Virus record (IMG/VR): IMGVR_UViG_3300032266_000637
Reading direction: 5' to 3' (one strand)
DNA from: an uncultured virus (IMG/VR IMGVR_UViG_3300032266_000637)
Lineage: Duplodnaviria; Heunggongvirae; Uroviricota; Caudoviricetes
DNA: 64,000 bases
Made by a program: the position numbers and the translations under genes. The notes beneath the pieces are model-generated. The model ran no database searches. It saw nothing but the letters and a program-made list of their open reading frames with translations, and was not told where the DNA came from. Shown here one piece after another: positions 59,775 through 64,000 of this stretch (its first letter is position 1; each line of letters starts with the position of its first letter).

Positions 59775-60692
59775 ATGGCAACCCCAATGCGTAGTACGGA
59801 CTTTCGTGCGGTAGTCGAACCGATTATCAACGAAGTCTTTGATGGTGTTTACGAACAACGTGCAGACGAATGGAAAGGCTTTGTAGAGCAGATCCAAGGT
59901 ATTCCACGTAACTATCATGAAGAAGTAATGTTGTTCGGTATGAACGCAGCTCCTGCAATGCCTGACGGCACTCCAGTTAGCTACGATCAAGGCGGTACAC
60001 TGTACATCACCCGTTTCATCTACCAAATCTATGGCTTGGCATATGCCTTAACCAAAGTTTTGATGGAAGACGGCGATCACATCCGTATCGGCTCTACCTT
60101 TGCTAAACACTTAGCTCAGTCTATGATTGAAACTAAGGAAACCCTCTGTGCCAACTTGTTGAACTTTGCGTTCACAAGCGGCTATGTTGGTGGCGACGGC
60201 GTAACTTTGATTAACACAGCACACCCAATCGCAAACGGTCAGACTTACTCTAACCAGTTATCTACAGCTGCTTCTTTGAGCCAAACTTCTGTTGAACAGA
60301 TGTTGATTCAGATTCGTGGCGCTGTTGACAACAACGGTAAGCGTATTCGTCTCAAAGCCGAGCAGTTAGTTGTTCCACCAGCACTCGAGTTCCAGTCTGA
60401 GGTTATCCTCAAGTCTGTTCTCCGCTCTGGTACAGCCGACAACGATTTGAACCCAATCAAGTCAACAGGTATGTTGCCAAAAGGCACACACGTTGTTACT
60501 CGTTTGAGCTCATCTAAAGCTTGGTGGGTACAGACTGATGCCGAGAATGGTCTAATGCTCGTAATGCGTCGTCCAATGGAGAAATCCATGGAAGGCGATT
60601 TTGAGACAGACAGTATGCGTTATAAGGCCACTGAGCGTTATGCTACAGGCTGGCACGATGCACGTAACATTTACGGTACAGCAGGTTTGTAA
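59775..60692 (+). CDS. major capsid protein
   Basis: 305 aa; GGDGVTL..TAHP, LVVPPALEF, ADNDLN, DFETDSMRYKATERY; biased codon use; terminator follows. Confidence 0.88.
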   Translation: MATPMRSTDFRAVVEPIINEVFDGVYEQRADEWKGFVEQIQGIPRNYHEEVMLFGMNAAPAMPDGTPVSYDQGGTLYITRFIYQIYGLAYALTKVLMEDGDHIRIGSTFAKHLAQSMIETKETLCANLLNFAFTSGYVGGDGVTLINTAHPIANGQTYSNQLSTAASLSQTSVEQMLIQIRGAVDNNGKRIRLKAEQLVVPPALEFQSEVILKSVLRSGTADNDLNPIKSTGMLPKGTHVVTRLSSSKAWWVQTDAENGLMLVMRRPMEKSMEGDFETDSMRYKATERYATGWHDARNIYGTAGL

Positions 60693-60714
60693 TCGAATTA
60701 CCCCCGCAGTAAGT

Positions 60715-60743
60715 AAAAAAGCCACCCACAAGGTGGCTTTTTT
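60715..60743 (+). terminator. intrinsic terminator after MCP
   Basis: AAAAAAGCCACC-CACAA-GGTGGCTTTTTT. Confidence 0.85.
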
Positions 60744-60751
60744 GCATTTTG

Positions 60752-60784
60752 GGGCGTTTTTATCTTGCAGTTTGCATAAGTAGT
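60752..60784 (+). promoter_or_regulatory. phage late promoter GGGCG-N17-GCATAAGTAGT
   Basis: Exact motif directly after the MCP terminator. Confidence 0.8.
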
Positions 60785-60880
60785 AATAGGAAGATTAATC
60801 CCATTCTGACCGCCGATACTTCCCGGTGAGACGCCTCAGAGACAGCTTGGGATACCCACTGAGATAAGGAAACACCTCAA

Positions 60881-61414
60881 ATGTCATCTACATTTACACA
60901 ACCACTACGCATTTTTAAGCGTAACAACCCATCAAACGACGGTACAATTGCTCCAGAAAACGTCGGTGCGGCTCAATCAACACAACAAGCATTTATTACC
61001 CCAATCACAGCAACTCGTACAGCAATTGCTTTGCCAACTTTTGATGTAGGCACAACAACAGCGGTTCCTTTTGTTTTACCAGCTGGCGCAATTATTAGTA
61101 CTATTCGTTTTTATGAGACAACAGCTCCATCAGCAATCACTGGTGGCGTTATTACTGTAGCTGTCGCTGGTGTTGACGTCGGCACAATCACCCCAACTAC
61201 AACTGGTGGCATCATTGTTATGACCCCAACAGCAACTGCAGCAGTAGCAACAATTATGAATAACGTCGGTACAACTGATGCAACTATTACCTTCACGCCA
61301 ACAGCTATTAGTGCTATCACTGGCACATTGGCCGGTACATTCTCTGTTGAATACACTCCACGTAACTCTGACGGTTCAATCATTGCCTACGGTTCTGGTT
61401 ATACAAATAACTAA
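60881..61414 (+). CDS. virion structural protein
   Basis: T/A-rich beta protein after MCP; TAAGGA RBS. Confidence 0.6.
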   Translation: MSSTFTQPLRIFKRNNPSNDGTIAPENVGAAQSTQQAFITPITATRTAIALPTFDVGTTTAVPFVLPAGAIISTIRFYETTAPSAITGGVITVAVAGVDVGTITPTTTGGIIVMTPTATAAVATIMNNVGTTDATITFTPTAISAITGTLAGTFSVEYTPRNSDGSIIAYGSGYTNN

Positions 61415-61421
61415 TTAAGAC

Positions 61422-61444
61422 GGCGGGCCAGTCCCGCCTCTTTT
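61422..61444 (+). terminator. putative intrinsic terminator
   Basis: GGCGGG-CCAGT-CCCGCC-TCTTTT. Confidence 0.55.
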
Positions 61445-61462
61445 AACCTTTTAGGAAACACA

Positions 61463-61747
61463 ATGACAGCATTAAATGATGTATTTCCCTCGCATCTAAA
61501 CGGAAATGGTCAGGCCTTTACTGGGCCCGGTCGTATCGGCGGCTGGCAAGTAAAACCAGGTGGAACAGCAGGCTCAGTATTGTTTTATGACAATACTTCA
61601 GCAACTGGTACACCATTAATTGAAATTGATTTAACAACCAATACCGCAGTTATCTCAACATTAGTCCCTGGAACAGGCATTCGTTTTTCTACGGGATGTT
61701 ATGTCACATTGCCTGCGTCTTCCGCAATTACAATATTCTGGGGCTAA
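61463..61747 (+). CDS. small virion structural protein
   Basis: PGTGIRFSTG.YV...ITIFWG ending. Confidence 0.6.
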   Translation: MTALNDVFPSHLNGNGQAFTGPGRIGGWQVKPGGTAGSVLFYDNTSATGTPLIEIDLTTNTAVISTLVPGTGIRFSTGCYVTLPASSAITIFWG

Positions 61748-61750
61748 ATA

Positions 61751-62149
61751 ATGCCCGTTTACCTTGACACTCGAGGTAACTCAGTCCTGTCTGTGGCGAT
61801 CTGTGATCGTTGCAGTAGGAAATTTGCGTATGTAGATTTAATGCCAGACCCAAACTTTCCAGGTATGAGAGTTTGTAAGGATGATTTAGATAAGTTTGAC
61901 CCATGGCGTCTTCCAGCCATTCAGACAGAAAACATTGCGCTGCGCTTTCCGCGCCCAGACGTATCGGTTGCAACTGGTCCTATAGCAGGACAACAAGTCG
62001 TAACAGCACCAGCACCAAACGGCCCGATTGATAGCCCTCTAGGACAGCTTGTACGCAAACCAAACAACCCCGGACGTAATTCAATATTTATTACTCGGGA
62101 TAAAAACAAGTCAACAACCGCTGGCGAGTCCGGCGATATAATTACATAA
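61751..62149 (+). CDS. CxxC-containing phage protein
   Basis: AICDRCSRKF...RVC...D..DP...PRPD. Confidence 0.6.
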   Translation: MPVYLDTRGNSVLSVAICDRCSRKFAYVDLMPDPNFPGMRVCKDDLDKFDPWRLPAIQTENIALRFPRPDVSVATGPIAGQQVVTAPAPNGPIDSPLGQLVRKPNNPGRNSIFITRDKNKSTTAGESGDIIT

Positions 62150-62153
62150 GACT

Positions 62154-64000
62154 ATGGCCGATCAAAGTATATCGCAACTACCAGTAGCAGCCACCATCAC
62201 AGGTAATGAGCTTGCTGTTGTTGTGCAAAACGGTATTACAAAACAAGCACAAGTATCTCAGCTTGCCAATGCCATATCGCCTGGTAAGTTAATTAATTAC
62301 TTGTACTTTGACGGCGCAAGCAATTTAATTGTTGTCTACACAGATTCAACAACACAAAACTTAGGCCCAATACCAGGCTACATTGCAGCAAGTATTAACA
62401 GCGTTGGTCATTTAATTTTAACTAACTCCACTGGTGGTACAACTGATGCGGGTTCTGTATTTGCCTCGTTAACTCAGACATTTACTACTGTAAACAACGA
62501 GACAGCAACATTACCAAATAGCCAGCGTTTAATTGCTGGTGCAAACATTTCGTTAACCAGCGGCACAAACACGCTGACTATTGCGGCATCTGGTTCGGCT
62601 GGTAGTTTAAATTCAGCTGGTCTAGGTTTTATTGTAAAAGATACTAGCAACACGGTTGTTGCCCGTACACTTACTAGCACAGCGGGTATTAGCATTACTA
62701 ACCCTACAGGCGGTGCAGGCAATCCAGTTATCAGCCCGTCTTTAAAATTAGCTGACATTCAGAATTTAGCAACAACAGGTATTTTAGCGGTTGTTGGTGG
62801 TACTACTGTAATTGATCGTAACATTGTTGGTACAGCATCACAAATTACCGTAACTGGTGGTGACGGATCTGCTAACCCAACAATTAGTATTGCACCAAGC
62901 CCGGTACTTCCAGGTACAGGCTCGGTAACATTACCAACGGGTACTACAGCACAACGCCCTGGTGCACTGGCTGGTCAGTTACGTTTTAATACATCATTGA
63001 ATGTATTTGAAGGACAAAATAACAGCGGTGTTTGGCAGACATTGGCCCTTGGTGGCGGTGTAACATCTGTTGGAAGTGGCACAGGCTTAACAGGCGGCCC
63101 AATTACATCTACAGGCACTATCAGTATTGCTAACACAGGCGTAACAGCAGGTAGTTATACAAATGCTAACATTACAGTTAATGCGCAAGGTCAGATTACT
63201 GTTGCATCAAGTGGCTCAGCTGGAGGTGTTACAACATTTAGTGCAGGCACAACAGGTTTTACGCCTAGTGCAGCATCAACAGGTGCTATTACTCTAGCTG
63301 GCACATTAAATGTTGCAAATGGTGGAACTGGTGCAACCACATTAACAGGCTATCTAGTCGGTAACGGTACAAGTGCAGTAACTGCAGTAGCTACTATACC
63401 AAATGCAGGCTTAACAAATAGCTCTGTTACTTATAATGGCACAACAGTTGCATTAGGCGCAAGCGGTACAATTACTGCTGTTAACCCAAACGCATTAACT
63501 ATTGGTACTGGTCTAACAGGCACATCTTATACGGGTGCGGCTGCAGTGACTATTGCAATTGACAGCACAGTAGCAACATTAACTGGAACACAGACGCTTA
63601 CTAATAAAACAATTAGTGGCGCAAGCAACACATTAACAAATATTGCCAATGCAAGTTTAACAAATAGCTCAATTACATTAGGCACAAGTGCTGTATCATT
63701 AGGTGGTACGTTACTTGCACCAGCCGGACTAACAAGTGTTACTGTAACAGCAGACCCAACATTGGCCTTGCAGTTAGCAACAAAACAATATGTTGATGGA
63801 TTGGTGTCTACCGGATTGGCATACCACCAGCCAGTACAAGCTGCAACAACAGCAGCATTAACTGGCGTTGTCGTTTACAATAACGGCGCAGCGGGAGTCG
63901 GGGCTACACTTACGCTTACCACGCCATTAACTGTTTTAGATGGGTATACACTACTTAACACTAACCGCATACTGATTAAAAATCAAGTTGATCAGGCTCA
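62154..64000 (+). CDS. tail fibre protein (3' truncated by window edge; not in ORF track)
   Basis: MADQSISQLP start; LPTGTTAQRP..GQLRFN, GTGLTGGPITSTGTI, TQTLTNKT, ATKQYVD, RILIKNQ fibre motifs. Confidence 0.8.
   Translation, partial: MADQSISQLPVAATITGNELAVVVQNGITKQAQVSQLANAISPGKLINYLYFDGASNLIVVYTDSTTQNLGPIPGYIAASINSVGHLILTNSTGGTTDAGSVFASLTQTFTTVNNETATLPNSQRLIAGANISLTSGTNTLTIAASGSAGSLNSAGLGFIVKDTSNTVVARTLTSTAGISITNPTGGAGNPVISPSLKLADIQNLATTGILAVVGGTTVIDRNIVGTASQITVTGGDGSANPTISIAPSPVLPGTGSVTLPTGTTAQRPGALAGQLRFNTSLNVFEGQNNSGVWQTLALGGGVTSVGSGTGLTGGPITSTGTISIANTGVTAGSYTNANITVNAQGQITVASSGSAGGVTTFSAGTTGFTPSAASTGAITLAGTLNVANGGTGATTLTGYLVGNGTSAVTAVATIPNAGLTNSSVTYNGTTVALGASGTITAVNPNALTIGTGLTGTSYTGAAAVTIAIDSTVATLTGTQTLTNKTISGASNTLTNIANASLTNSSITLGTSAVSLGGTLLAPAGLTSVTVTADPTLALQLATKQYVDGLVSTGLAYHQPVQAATTAALTGVVVYNNGAAGVGATLTLTTPLTVLDGYTLLNTNRILIKNQVDQA

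Overview
The window is most of one tailed dsDNA phage genome, probably a podovirus-type virion. It begins and ends inside tail-fibre genes. There are no rRNA, tRNA, CRISPR, integrase or host housekeeping genes. Layout: (+) tail accessory, lysis, head-completion and ejection genes at 1-26.7 kb; (-) replication module at 26.7-40.3 kb (PolA, class II RNR, DUF2815 SSB, DUF2800 nuclease, SNF2 helicase, VRR-NUC, primase-helicase) with an embedded small operon carrying a TerS-like gene; (-) early genes at 40.6-48.5 kb (C5 methyltransferase, truncated sigma70, gp88-like, many small ORFs); a mostly non-coding control region at 47.5-49.8 kb; (+) terminase, portal, GroES, scaffold, capsid and tail genes at 49.8-64 kb. 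Three candidate systems stand out. (1) A phage promoter GGGCR-N17-GCATAAGTAGT occurs 7 times before late genes, and its -10 part alone occurs twice before replication operons; the phage also has a sigma70 apparently split into a region 1.2-3.1 gene and a separate region 3.2-4-like gene. (2) A roughly 25-bp-periodic array of SlmA-like and NtrC-like sites, plus duplicated cassettes with Fur boxes and other palindromes, could act as a host transcription-factor decoy region. (3) An intact but catalytically degenerate free-standing intein is coupled to TerL. Product calls come from motif recognition by eye, not database searches.
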